From positions 1-53,841 of the forward strand of contig CAKZNA010000122.1 in assembly GCA_937129355.1 (NCBI GenBank): a stretch of 53,841 nt of DNA. The letters are read 5' to 3'. The DNA is from an uncultured Sphingomonadales bacterium (GTDB lineage Bacteria > Pseudomonadota > Alphaproteobacteria > Sphingomonadales > Sphingomonadaceae). The notes under the pieces are model-generated. The model made no database searches and was not told the origin of the DNA. It saw nothing but the letters and a program-made list of their open reading frames with translations. Of the stretch, positions 26,939 through 36,844 are shown piece by piece; positions within the stretch are counted from its first letter, which is position 1; every line of letters starts with the position of its first letter. Made by a program: the position numbers and the translations under genes.

Positions 26939-28096
26939 TCATTCATCCGGGTTTGCATCGCCAACCTTTTTACCATCCTCATCGAATTTCTTTGTTTCCG
27001 GAATGGCGATATCGGGCTTTTTCATGCCTTCTGCCAAGGCCTGTTCGAGATTCATCGCAAATGCCAATATCGCGGCTACGCAAAGATACAGATCTTCCGC
27101 AATCGCCTGACCCGCGCGGGATGTGAAATATATCGCGCGCGCCAATTGCGGATATTCCAGCGTTGGCACATCTTCATTTGCGGCGAGGCTGCGAATGGCG
27201 AGCGCAACATCGCCCCTGCCGCGCGCGACCACAACAGGAGCGGCATCTATACCCTGTCTATATCGCAGCGCGACCGCAAAATGCGTTGGATTGGTCAATA
27301 TTACGGTGGCTTCGGTAACCGCTTTTCGCGCCGAACCAGTCAACATTTCATGCTGGCGTTCCCGCCGCGCCTGCTTCATTTCCGGTGCGCCGTCGGTCTG
27401 TCGTAACTCGTCTTTCACCTCTTGCTTGGTCATGCGCAGCTTCGCGGTGCGCCGGATAATCTGAATGGGGACATCAATACCTGCGATCAAAAACAAACCG
27501 ACAGACAGGCATAGCAATGCAAATGTGATATCACCGCCAGCGATGGCCAAGGCAGGTCTAACGTCACTTTGGCCAAGGGCAAAAAAGCCGTCTAGATCGC
27601 GCGTTAACAGCCAATAACCGATGGCCCCTAGCAATATAGCTTTTGCTATGGCCTTACCCAATTCAACCAGTCCATGGGTTCCGAACATACGTTTGAGGCC
27701 AGAGATAGGGTTCAGCTTGCTGCCCTTAAACATCATTGCTTTACCACGCCAACCCAGCGAGCCCAACATCGCTGGCCCGGTTATCGCAGCAAGCACAGTA
27801 ACCGCAAATAGGCTGATCATCGGTATCATGATTGCTTGTATCAATTCCCAGGCTTTACCTGCTGGATCGAAATGTTTCAGATCGCCAGCTTCAAATTGCA
27901 GGCCTGCGGTGATCATTTCAAAACAGGATGTAATGAACCAGGGGCCCGCAAGCGCAAGCCATGCCGCTCCGCCCATCATGACAACGGCAGTTCCTAGTTC
28001 TTTGGATTGCAATATGTCACCATCGCGTGCAGCGTCTCGAAGCCGCTTGGGTGTGGGCTGTTCCGTCTTTTGGCTCTTGTCACTGGTCTCGCTCAT
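26939..28096 (-). CDS. flhB: export gate protein FlhB
   Basis: KTEQPTPKRL, MTKQEVKDE, NPTH autocleavage site; start 28096. Confidence 0.96.
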   Translation of the reverse strand: MSETSDKSQKTEQPTPKRLRDAARDGDILQSKELGTAVVMMGGAAWLALAGPWFITSCFEMITAGLQFEAGDLKHFDPAGKAWELIQAIMIPMISLFAVTVLAAITGPAMLGSLGWRGKAMMFKGSKLNPISGLKRMFGTHGLVELGKAIAKAILLGAIGYWLLTRDLDGFFALGQSDVRPALAIAGGDITFALLCLSVGLFLIAGIDVPIQIIRRTAKLRMTKQEVKDELRQTDGAPEMKQARRERQHEMLTGSARKAVTEATVILTNPTHFAVALRYRQGIDAAPVVVARGRGDVALAIRSLAANEDVPTLEYPQLARAIYFTSRAGQAIAEDLYLCVAAILAFAMNLEQALAEGMKKPDIAIPETKKFDEDGKKVGDANPDE

Positions 28097-28097
28097 T

Positions 28098-28880
28098 TTA
28101 GCTCCCCTTGCCCAACACTCGAGATTGAGAAAGGCCCTCATTCAATGCGGCCATTAGCGCATCGGCGAGTATCGGCATTGATATCGCCATCAGGGTAACG
28201 CCGACCATTAGCCCGGCTGGTATGCCGACGGCGAACAGGTTTAGCGTGGGCGTGGAACGGGCAACAACGCCCATGATGATTTGTACCAAAATCATTGCAA
28301 AACCGACAGGTAGAGCGATGGTTAGACCAAGCGCAAAGATCAATCCGCCAAAGTGAACAATTCCGCTAATCGCGTCAGCCGATAGCCATGCCTTGCCCGG
28401 CGGCAATGCTGTATAGCTGTCCAATATGATACCGATCAGAAGCAAATGCCCTCCCATCGCTAGGAACAGGAATGTTGCTACCATCGACAAGAATTGGCCA
28501 ATGGCCGTGCTGGGTTGTCCGCCAGCCGGATCTGCCATGGAAGCCAGCCCTAATCCCATGCTGTTGCTCATCGCCTCGCCTGCAACCATCGCAGCGGCAA
28601 AACCAATTTGTACAGCAAAGCCCAGCGATAGCCCAACTAGCAACTCGGCAACGATCATCAACAATCCGTCTAGCGAAACAACCCCTGATTCAGGCACAGC
28701 AAGCCCGGACACGCTGGCAGCGGGTATTCCGATGGCCAGCGCCAGTATAATTCGGATTTGCACGGGCACGGAGCGTGCGCCAAAAATCGGCGCGACGAGA
28801 AACGCGGCCCCAGGGCGTATCATCGCCAACATCCATAGCAGCAATTGTTGCTCCAGATTTACTAGGGTGAAACCCGTCAT
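28098..28880 (-). CDS. fliR: export gate protein FliR
   Basis: multi-TM; APIFG, AGEAMSNSMGL, PTLNLFAVGIP. Confidence 0.93.
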   Translation of the reverse strand: MTGFTLVNLEQQLLLWMLAMIRPGAAFLVAPIFGARSVPVQIRIILALAIGIPAASVSGLAVPESGVVSLDGLLMIVAELLVGLSLGFAVQIGFAAAMVAGEAMSNSMGLGLASMADPAGGQPSTAIGQFLSMVATFLFLAMGGHLLLIGIILDSYTALPPGKAWLSADAISGIVHFGGLIFALGLTIALPVGFAMILVQIIMGVVARSTPTLNLFAVGIPAGLMVGVTLMAISMPILADALMAALNEGLSQSRVLGKGS

Positions 28881-29146
28881 TGCACCAATTCAGGAATGCG
28901 CGCGAAAATGTCCTGTGTGAAATCTACGAGCAGGATCATAATTGAACTACCGAAAATGGCCAAACAAGCGCCGACGAGAGCCAGTTTTGGAACGAAGCTT
29001 AATGTTGCCTCATTAATGGAGGTGGCTGCCTGCACCATACCCAGCAGGACACCTGCGACGAGCGCAGGTATCAAAATGGGCGCTGCGCCAAGTGCCAGGA
29101 CCCACATAGCCTGCTGTGCGATTCCGATGAAATAATCTGTCCCCAT
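28877..29146 (-). CDS. fliQ: export gate protein FliQ
   Basis: QAATSINEATLSFVPKL; start 29146. Confidence 0.94.
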   Translation of the reverse strand: MGTDYFIGIAQQAMWVLALGAAPILIPALVAGVLLGMVQAATSINEATLSFVPKLALVGACLAIFGSSIMILLVDFTQDIFARIPELVQ

Positions 29147-29147
29147 G

Positions 29148-29906
29148 TTAAACTCCCACGAAGGAACTAGCCAGCGAGCCAACAGTCAATGCCCAACCAT
29201 CCACCAGAACGAAGAGAAGTAGTTTGAAGGGCATGGATACAATGGGCGGTGACAGCATCATCATGCCCAAGGCCATCAGCGCAGATGCGACAATCAGATC
29301 AATGATCAAAAAGGGCAGGAAGATAAGAAAGCCGATCTGAAAGGCGGTCTTCAATTCACTGGTGACAAAGGCGGGCAACAGGATCGAAAACGGTACATCG
29401 TCGGGGCTTTCAAATTTTGGCGCCTTTGCAATATCAGCAAAGAGCGCGAGATCACTTTTGCGGGTTTGTTTAATCATGAAGCCGTGAAAGGCATCACCAG
29501 ATTTGATCACAGCCTGCTCCATTGTTATTTCGTCTTTTCCAAACGGTTCCAATGCCGTTCGGTTGATCTCGCCAAAGACGGGCTGCATGACAAAAAGAGA
29601 CAAAAAAAGACTTAGGCCAACCAACACTTGATTAGGCGGGGTTTGTTGTAAACCAAGAGCCTGTCGTAAAATTGACAGGACGATGATGATACGCGTGAAA
29701 CTGGTCATCATGAGGATGATGGAGGGCAATATCGTCAACAATCCCATGAACAGCAGAAGCTGCAATGAAAGCGACAAAGGCTCTCCATTGCCCGAGATTG
29801 TGTCGAGCGCGCGTTCCAGCCCTTGCCCTGTGGCTGTGGCATGAGCTGGCGATGCCGCGATCACGGCGCCGATAAATGCGTTAAAAGTGGTAAAGCCCCT
29901 AAGCAT
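29148..29906 (-). CDS. fliP: export gate protein FliP
   Basis: [52 protein letters not shown]. Confidence 0.97.
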   Translation of the reverse strand: MLRGFTTFNAFIGAVIAASPAHATATGQGLERALDTISGNGEPLSLSLQLLLFMGLLTILPSIILMMTSFTRIIIVLSILRQALGLQQTPPNQVLVGLSLFLSLFVMQPVFGEINRTALEPFGKDEITMEQAVIKSGDAFHGFMIKQTRKSDLALFADIAKAPKFESPDDVPFSILLPAFVTSELKTAFQIGFLIFLPFLIIDLIVASALMALGMMMLSPPIVSMPFKLLLFVLVDGWALTVGSLASSFVGV

Positions 29907-30171
29907 GGAAATCGCCCTTATGCTGCTCTGCTAAAAGGGAAATTTGTGTTCTGGAAACTGCAACCAGCAATTCACGGTCACCGAACTCAACGACCGCTAG
30001 TTTACCGCTCGTCCCCATGGAAATCACATCGACCATTTTCGCAGGCTTGTCATTGGGTTGAGCCCGCATGGGCATACCTAGCTGCACCTTGCGCCAAAGC
30101 CAAAGCGATCCCCATGCCATACCGCCGACGAGCGGCACGAGTATGATCAGGCGGATGATATATTCTGTCAT
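29899..30171 (-). CDS. fliO: FliO
   Basis: single N-terminal TM then [24 protein letters not shown]; between fliN and fliP. Confidence 0.85.
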   Translation of the reverse strand: MTEYIIRLIILVPLVGGMAWGSLWLWRKVQLGMPMRAQPNDKPAKMVDVISMGTSGKLAVVEFGDRELLVAVSRTQISLLAEQHKGDFHA

Positions 30172-30504
30172 TTATGACCTCCGGTCTACGCCTCCAATAC
30201 CGCGGTCATTGGCGACAACTTCCAATATGCGGATCCCAAAGCGGCCATCCACGTTCACTATCTCACCTCTTGCAATAAGCGTGCCATTTGCGAAGATGTC
30301 GAGCGGGTCACTTGTTTGGCGGTCAAGCTCAACAACATTGCCTTTCGACAAGGCCAAAAGTTCTGACAGTTTTAGCGAGGCCGAACCAACCTCAACGGAC
30401 AGGCGCAAGGATACGCCCGACAAAAGATCCAGATTATTGTCTAGGCCGACTGTAATTTCGGCCGCATCTTTGACCTTTGGCGCTTCTTTCATATCGCTCA
30501 TCAT
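30172..30504 (-). CDS. fliN: C-ring protein FliN
   Basis: LSVEVGSASL, VVELDR, ANGTLIARGEIVNVDGRFGIRI. Confidence 0.95.
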   Translation of the reverse strand: MMSDMKEAPKVKDAAEITVGLDNNLDLLSGVSLRLSVEVGSASLKLSELLALSKGNVVELDRQTSDPLDIFANGTLIARGEIVNVDGRFGIRILEVVANDRGIGGVDRRS

Positions 30505-31427
30505 TAATTTCCTTTCTCAATTTCTTCTATTTGTACGGCCACGCGGTTATTCGATTCTCCCACTGTGCCATGCGCAAACAGGCGGCCGGAAATCGACAGT
30601 GGAATACGGTTGGGCATGAATATTGGAAGCACATCACCGCTCTTCAGCGACATGAGTTGCTCCAAAGATATTTCTGGGCGAGCGAAAACAGTGCGTAGCG
30701 GCATTCCGACTTGCATGACCGCCTCGTTCAGGCTGTCATACCAGACCGGATCGATTGCCGCTGAAGACGATATTCCGTCCGCGTCTGTTAATGCTGGTAC
30801 AGCTCTCAGCCCGGAAACGGGATAGAGCAATGTGATCTGCATTGCATCTCCGGTTGATGCCTGGAGTTTGTATGGTTGGACAGTGACGAGCTCATGTGGT
30901 TTGAACAGGCCTGCATGATTACCCTCCATAGAAATTTTGTTGATACCGGATTCCAACTTCACCAGGTTAGACCAAGGGGCAGTCAACGCGGGTATAAAAT
31001 CTTCAGCGAACCGGTTTAGGAACAATCTTTCGGCTGGCGAGAAATTATCCGACCTATGGTCCGCTTCGCCCGTTCCGCCGAAATGGATATCGACCAGCTG
31101 ATTGACCAAATCCACTGGAATAACGGCAACAATGCCGCCGACAATTGGTGCCGCTCTATAGTGAAGTAGTACGGAGTTTCCGGTTTCTTGATCGCACCAA
31201 TTTGCAAAGGATGTGATGTCGGCATCCTGCGGAGTGACTTCCAGACCTTCCATTCCGAACTCGGCGAATTTTGCAACGAGCGAAGCGACAGAACGCTTTG
31301 CAACTCGTTGTAGGCCCGGCGAGTAACGTTGCCCGATACGGCCTAATCCGGGCAAGCCTTTCGGCAATCCCTTTTCGGGGATCAAGGAAGCCGGAGTCAC
31401 TTCCACATCTGTTACCAGCGCGCTCAC
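30504..31427 (-). CDS. fliM: C-ring protein FliM lacking the N-terminal CheY-binding peptide
   Basis: FGGTG middle domain, FSPAE, C-terminal SpoA domain LKSGDVLPI...HGTVGESNNRVAVQI; between fliL and fliN. Confidence 0.85.
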   Translation of the reverse strand: MSALVTDVEVTPASLIPEKGLPKGLPGLGRIGQRYSPGLQRVAKRSVASLVAKFAEFGMEGLEVTPQDADITSFANWCDQETGNSVLLHYRAAPIVGGIVAVIPVDLVNQLVDIHFGGTGEADHRSDNFSPAERLFLNRFAEDFIPALTAPWSNLVKLESGINKISMEGNHAGLFKPHELVTVQPYKLQASTGDAMQITLLYPVSGLRAVPALTDADGISSSAAIDPVWYDSLNEAVMQVGMPLRTVFARPEISLEQLMSLKSGDVLPIFMPNRIPLSISGRLFAHGTVGESNNRVAVQIEEIEKGN

Positions 31428-32044
31428 TGGATCACCAGATTCGTGAAGTAGACATTGTCTATGCCGCCAAAACCTTCCTTGTCTCGTAAAACTTCATTGA
31501 TGGCGTCTGTTAGCTTTTCTTGTAGACTTTTTTTTCCTGCGGAACTTGCCAGTTCATTTGGCTCCTGTTCCGACAATGTCATCAATATGGCGGATCGAAT
31601 GGGCACCATCTGCCGCTTGATGTTGAGTATAACCTTGCCATCATAGTAGGTCGCAAGGCTGATTCCCATTTGAACAAAATTTGCACCTTCCCCCAAATTC
31701 GCTGTAAAATTCTGTGGTAGCCGGTAGTAGGTCACTTCATACTCTGACGCATCAACCTCGACTTTGTCGTTTTTCACATAAACGGTTCCCTCTTTCAGAG
31801 GTGCTTCCTTATTGTCCTTGCCTGAATCAGTGACCTCGGCAGGTTCTTCACCTCGTTTCACCAATTTGGGGCGATTGGGATCTTCCTTTTGCGCATCGGA
31901 GGCCAAAGTGGTCGAATAATAAAAACCACCGCCAATACCTGCGCCAATAAGCGTGAGGCTGCTGACGCTCAGCATCATTAGCTTTTTCATTTTTCCGCCC
32001 TTTGGCTTTTCTTCGACTTCTTCTTTGTTTGGTTTCTTGCTCAT
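31424..32044 (-). CDS. fliL: basal body-associated FliL
   Basis: N-terminal TM, FTANL, IRSAIL, IDNVYFTNLVIQ. Confidence 0.93.
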   Translation of the reverse strand: MSKKPNKEEVEEKPKGGKMKKLMMLSVSSLTLIGAGIGGGFYYSTTLASDAQKEDPNRPKLVKRGEEPAEVTDSGKDNKEAPLKEGTVYVKNDKVEVDASEYEVTYYRLPQNFTANLGEGANFVQMGISLATYYDGKVILNIKRQMVPIRSAILMTLSEQEPNELASSAGKKSLQEKLTDAINEVLRDKEGFGGIDNVYFTNLVIQ

Positions 32045-32061
32045 GCTATGTTCCTATTTAT

Positions 32062-33465
32062 TCACGCAAAACGGTCTTGCGGCCTCGCAACTATGGTTGG
32101 TTCTTGATCACTGTCTTTGAATTGAACGCCAATTTCATGCGCCGGCATTGGCGGCTTTGCAGGCGAATATTGACTGTCTTGTTGGGTGCTATCCTGGCTT
32201 TCGTTACGCGTCAGTATTTCCGCACCTGAAACGCGCACGCCATGGGAGCGCAATTCATCGGTGAGCTTCGATTGTGCGTTATTGATAAGTCTGGCAGCTT
32301 CTTCGTTGCCCGTTGTCATCTTTAAAGAAACGCCTTTTTCGTCATTGGCAATATCCACATCCAAACGGCCCAAATTCTCGGGTGACAGACTAAAATTTAA
32401 GCGGGCCTCGCTCTGGCGTGCAGCAACAATATCTTTAGCGAGTTCATTCAACCAGATGTCTCCCCGCGCCATATCAAGGCTGCGTGCCATTGCCGCTTGC
32501 GCTTCATCAATGCCGGTGATTGTAACGATACCCAAATTGTTGCCATGGGTAACAATATTGGGTTGTGCCGGGCCGGAAATGACGAGATTGGTGAGGTTAC
32601 TGGGCGTGCCGCGCTGCGTATTCTGCGTGCTGCTGGCGGTTGCATCAATGTCCATTTTTCCTTGGGCTTTTGAGGCTCTCCGAATACGGCTTGTTGTTCC
32701 TTCTTGCTCTACAGGTTTTTTTACGATCTCATCGGTGGTGGCTTTCGGGAGGCGTATATCCTGAATGGAACCAATCTTCACAGGCGCAGCGGCCAGCCGC
32801 TTATGCGGTTGGTTTTCAGCAGCGGTAATTTCGCTGGGCGTATTTTGCATCATCGCGTTGGGGACTATCTGAGTCTGCGGATTACGCTGCATTTTCACAT
32901 TGACCGATATTGCTGTGTGTTCGCTTGATGAGGCCAATTTCTCAGCTTCAGCAACATTCGCCGCCGCATCTAATATGGCGGCGCGATCAGAAACGATCTT
33001 TGATGTCGGCCGGACTTCCGACGTGCTTGCCGTTGACGGAACTGGCCGTATCTGGCCGAGCAGGTGAATGTCCGCCGGAACTGGAGGCGTGGTCGGCGAT
33101 CGAGGCTCTGTTGACGCTTTTGTGGGAGCAGGAACAACAGCCGCAGTATCCGCTCTCGCTGGACGCTGACCAGTCAGTGCGGATGTTTGCGCCGGTGATG
33201 TGGCAGGTGAATTATTGAAGGGGGCATCGAAACCAAGTTGGGATAGGAATCCATGCATATAATCATCTGGTGTTTCCAGCCTGTGGTTGCCTTCATCTGA
33301 AATTTCTTCAGTCAATATTTTTGACGGTGCCGGGGGTTCTGCCGCGGGTTTAAGGGGCGGTAGAACCATCGGGAATGCCTTTGCGGTAGTAGATCCGGCA
33401 ATAATGCTATTGCCAATCGGCAATTCTAGCGTCGTTGGAGATTGAACTGATGTCACTATATTCAT
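32062..33465 (-). CDS. fliK: hook-length control protein FliK
   Basis: P/T/A-rich N-terminus; C-terminal LSPENLGRLDVDI...LTDELRSHG. Confidence 0.85.
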   Translation of the reverse strand: MNIVTSVQSPTTLELPIGNSIIAGSTTAKAFPMVLPPLKPAAEPPAPSKILTEEISDEGNHRLETPDDYMHGFLSQLGFDAPFNNSPATSPAQTSALTGQRPARADTAAVVPAPTKASTEPRSPTTPPVPADIHLLGQIRPVPSTASTSEVRPTSKIVSDRAAILDAAANVAEAEKLASSSEHTAISVNVKMQRNPQTQIVPNAMMQNTPSEITAAENQPHKRLAAAPVKIGSIQDIRLPKATTDEIVKKPVEQEGTTSRIRRASKAQGKMDIDATASSTQNTQRGTPSNLTNLVISGPAQPNIVTHGNNLGIVTITGIDEAQAAMARSLDMARGDIWLNELAKDIVAARQSEARLNFSLSPENLGRLDVDIANDEKGVSLKMTTGNEEAARLINNAQSKLTDELRSHGVRVSGAEILTRNESQDSTQQDSQYSPAKPPMPAHEIGVQFKDSDQEPTIVARPQDRFA

Positions 33466-33884
33466 CCTATTTTTTTAAATTTCTGACGGCTGGGCATATT
33501 TGCATCGTGCCGGCGCACGCTTTCCAACATGTCGTTTTTTTTCGCATGATCATATAATCGCTGCGCTCTCTCTTCGCGCTGGTGAGCAGCATTGCGCAAT
33601 TGCTCGGTTTCCTGCTTGCGTTCTTCCGCTTCGGTTTTGGAATGGGCAAGTGCGTCATATGCATCGGACAAACGCTGCTGCATTTCTCCAGTCGCTCGCA
33701 ACACCGGGCCAGTATGCCCACCGCATCCAATTTGGGTATTTGCCTGCAAGGTCCCGATCCGCTCTTGAACATTCACCATCTTCGCAAGATCGCGGTTCGC
33801 TTGAAACAGTTTGGCCGTCGCTACGCGGTGCTCGATCTTACGCACATGCAAGATACGAGAGCGTTTTTGTGTCATAACGCTCAT
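33462..33884 (-). CDS. fliJ: probable FliJ
   Basis: 140 aa coiled coil between fliI and fliK with 4-nt overlaps; assigned by position and composition. Confidence 0.65.
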   Translation of the reverse strand: MSVMTQKRSRILHVRKIEHRVATAKLFQANRDLAKMVNVQERIGTLQANTQIGCGGHTGPVLRATGEMQQRLSDAYDALAHSKTEAEERKQETEQLRNAAHQREERAQRLYDHAKKNDMLESVRRHDANMPSRQKFKKIG

Positions 33885-35209
33885 GCGCCAAACTCCTCTA
33901 GCAAGGTTTGGCGGGAGGTTTGAAAATCGATCAAATCACTTGGCTTTTGCTGTAAAAAGGATAGCATATTCGCGCGCCTATCCATGGCTTCATCTAACGT
34001 CGGATCTGCACCTGGTGTATATGCGCCCATCATGATCAGGTCATGATTTTCGTCATAAGCGGAGGTCAATCGGCGAAAATGTGCAGCGGCCTTTGATTGG
34101 TCTTCATCCACTATGTCTACCATTGAGCGCGATAGGGATTTGGAAACATCGATCGCTGGATAAATGCCTTGTTCGGCCATTTTGCGGGACAGTATGATAT
34201 GGCCATCGGCAATGGCGCGCGCGCTATCTACAATCGGATCATCAAGGTCGCCGCCATCGGCCAACACTGTATAGAGCGCAGTGATAGATCCGCCTGATTG
34301 GCGATCCACACCCGCACGCTCGACAAGGCGAGGGATAACGCCGAGTGCGGAGGGCGGATAGCCTTTCATCGTCGGCGGTTCGCCAAGCGACAAACCAATT
34401 TCACGTTGGGCATGGGCAACGCGGGTAAGGCTGTCGACAAGCAAGAATACCTTTTTTCCTTCGTTGCGAAAATATTCGGCAATTGCGGTGGCACGCATCG
34501 CAGCCCGCAGTCTCAATAGGGGCGGGTGATCGGCAGGGACTGCGACAACGACAGAATGCCGTTTGGCACTACCGAGTTTAGTTTCGACAAAATCGCTTAC
34601 TTCACGGCTGCGTTCACCAACCAGTGCGACAACGCAAACATCGCAATCCGCGCCGGCAAGCATCTCCCCCATCAATACCGATTTGCCGACGCCAGAGCCT
34701 GCAACAATGGCAAGGCGCTGGCCTTCACCGACGGTTAACAATGCATTGATAGCGCAAACACCTGTATCAAAAGGCTTCGTGACTCTACCCCTATTCAGGG
34801 GGTTATCCTGATGACCAGTTAGCGGCCATTTGAAGCGGCCAGTGATTGCTGCGCGTCCGTCAAGTGGATCGCCATTGGCATCAATCACACGGCCGAGCAA
34901 AGACCGCCCGCATGTGACCATTTCGGCTCCACCCAGAGGCTCCACTCTTCCTCCTGCAGCAAAAGCTCCATGATTTGAAAAAGGAAGGATAAGGGCTTTT
35001 TGTTCTCGAAAGCCAACCACCTCGCCGCGCACCTTGTCGCCGTTGGCAGACGCGATTGAAACGCCGGTGCCCAACGGGACGGGGAAACCGGAAGCCTCCA
35101 ACAGCAACCCTTCATGAGCATGAATTTCTCCGATACGGCGCGGAGCTGCATGAGAGATATCAATTCGGTTTAACAAACCTTCTGCTGATTTTGTCATGCG
35201 GCCGCTCAT
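33881..35209 (-). CDS. fliI: flagellar export ATPase FliI
   Basis: AGSGVGKS Walker A, GERSREV, LLVDSLTRVAHAQREIGL, DGHIILSR. Confidence 0.96.
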   Translation of the reverse strand: MSGRMTKSAEGLLNRIDISHAAPRRIGEIHAHEGLLLEASGFPVPLGTGVSIASANGDKVRGEVVGFREQKALILPFSNHGAFAAGGRVEPLGGAEMVTCGRSLLGRVIDANGDPLDGRAAITGRFKWPLTGHQDNPLNRGRVTKPFDTGVCAINALLTVGEGQRLAIVAGSGVGKSVLMGEMLAGADCDVCVVALVGERSREVSDFVETKLGSAKRHSVVVAVPADHPPLLRLRAAMRATAIAEYFRNEGKKVFLLVDSLTRVAHAQREIGLSLGEPPTMKGYPPSALGVIPRLVERAGVDRQSGGSITALYTVLADGGDLDDPIVDSARAIADGHIILSRKMAEQGIYPAIDVSKSLSRSMVDIVDEDQSKAAAHFRRLTSAYDENHDLIMMGAYTPGADPTLDEAMDRRANMLSFLQQKPSDLIDFQTSRQTLLEEFGA

Positions 35210-35799
35210 GATACATCGTCTTTCAGACCCAGCTCGCTGCGCAATTCTTCCAGATAAAGTGCGTTGCTATTTTCGATCCAGCCGGTCGAACAATCGATAC
35301 GCAAGGAACCCCGGCTTGCCGTTTCATCGGCTATCACCAGCAATTTGATTGTATCGTCATCCAGCAACGCAATATCATCGGGGTGCATCCACACGGTGCG
35401 AGCTGCGTCACAGTCGGCGATCAACGCAACCGCTTTTTCTATCCTGCTTTCTAGCCATGCGGCATCCGGTGTAAAAACGCCTACAATCTGTTTCACCAGT
35501 GTTTCGACTGCCTCACCGATCAACATAGCTAGTTCATCGCTGGCTTCGGGCTGCAAAGCTTCGGCGCTGGATATCAACGTCATCAGTTGCGCACGCTCCT
35601 TGGCAAATTTCACCTGGGCGGCTTGCTCACCATCGATAACGCCTTGCGCATAGCTATCATCCGCCTGCCTCTCTGAAGTTGGCGCCTCCGAGATGCCGGA
35701 ATTCGCGCAATTAGCATCGGTTTCATAAAGCGGCTTGAACATGTTGCTGAACGACGCCGTGTCGATCAACTTGATAGTTTGGATGTTGGCATCAGACAT
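35206..35799 (-). CDS. fliH: FliH
   Basis: YAQGVIDGEQA, VWMHPDDI, RGSLRID; start 35799 overlaps end of fliG. Confidence 0.85.
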   Translation of the reverse strand: MSDANIQTIKLIDTASFSNMFKPLYETDANCANSGISEAPTSERQADDSYAQGVIDGEQAAQVKFAKERAQLMTLISSAEALQPEASDELAMLIGEAVETLVKQIVGVFTPDAAWLESRIEKAVALIADCDAARTVWMHPDDIALLDDDTIKLLVIADETASRGSLRIDCSTGWIENSNALYLEELRSELGLKDDVS

Positions 35800-36844
35800 A
35801 GTCTTCGCCTCCGCCGCCCATCTGGATTGCGCCTTCATTTGCCAGACGGCGTGCCACTGCAATGACCGTTTTTTGTGCTTCTTCGACTTCGCTGCGTTTT
35901 ACCGGAGCGCTTTCTGCCATATCATCCCGGATTGAATCTGCCGCACGAGCAGACATTGATCCCAATAGATGATCAGCCAGCTCTTCACTGGCACCTTTAA
36001 GCGCAAGGCTGAGAATATCGGGTTCGACCGAGCGCAATATTTCGCCCACGCTTTTGCTGTCAAGTTCGAGTAAATTGTCGAAGATGAACATTTCATCCTC
36101 GATATCCTGTCCTAGCTGCTTATCGAGCTTCTTGATGGATTTGAGGATTTTTTCACCCGTCATCTTGTTCATATTATTTACGATCTTGGCGGTATCTGCT
36201 TTGCCGCCTATCTGGACTAGCGATTTGGCGCCGTCTGCGTCAGATTCGACCGACAATATTTGTTCCAGATCCTCCAGGGCCGTGCTGGTCACTTTGGTTA
36301 GCCGTGCTGCCCGGTAAACAAGCGTTGTCTGCAAACCTTCATCCAAACCTTCCAATACAAGGGCCCCAATTTCCGGCTTAAGCACCGACAGAATTAAGGC
36401 ACCAACTTGAGGATGCTCGCTTGCTAGTATTTTTTTTATAGTGGGCGTTTCCATCCACCGGATCATCTCCAATGAATTTGCGCTCGATTGCGGTGCTATA
36501 GAGCTCAGGATGTTATCCGCACGCACATTGCCAAGCGCTTCGGTCATAACATTGCGGATACGCGGCTCTGCGCCAACGGCTAGGGCGGACACCGTTTTGC
36601 ACTGGCCAATGAAACTGCTCAGGGCAATAGATATCTCGCCTTCACTTGCCGAAGAGGCGGAAAACATTGCGGAGCCAAGGTCTTTGACTTCGCTTGGTTC
36701 GAAATGCCGCAGTATGTCGGCCGCTTCATTGTCATCAAGCAACATCAACAGGATCGCTGCAGCGGTAGATCCAGAGACCTTGGGCTCAACATTTTGGACT
36801 TGCTCGTCATCATTTTCAATTGCTGTGTTAGTATCAGTCGCCAT
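35792..36844 (-). CDS. fliG: C-ring protein FliG
   Basis: AAILLMLL, EHPQ, EMFIFDNL, LALKGA, MSARAA, EVEEAQK. Confidence 0.96.
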   Translation of the reverse strand: MATDTNTAIENDDEQVQNVEPKVSGSTAAAILLMLLDDNEAADILRHFEPSEVKDLGSAMFSASSASEGEISIALSSFIGQCKTVSALAVGAEPRIRNVMTEALGNVRADNILSSIAPQSSANSLEMIRWMETPTIKKILASEHPQVGALILSVLKPEIGALVLEGLDEGLQTTLVYRAARLTKVTSTALEDLEQILSVESDADGAKSLVQIGGKADTAKIVNNMNKMTGEKILKSIKKLDKQLGQDIEDEMFIFDNLLELDSKSVGEILRSVEPDILSLALKGASEELADHLLGSMSARAADSIRDDMAESAPVKRSEVEEAQKTVIAVARRLANEGAIQMGGGGEDYV

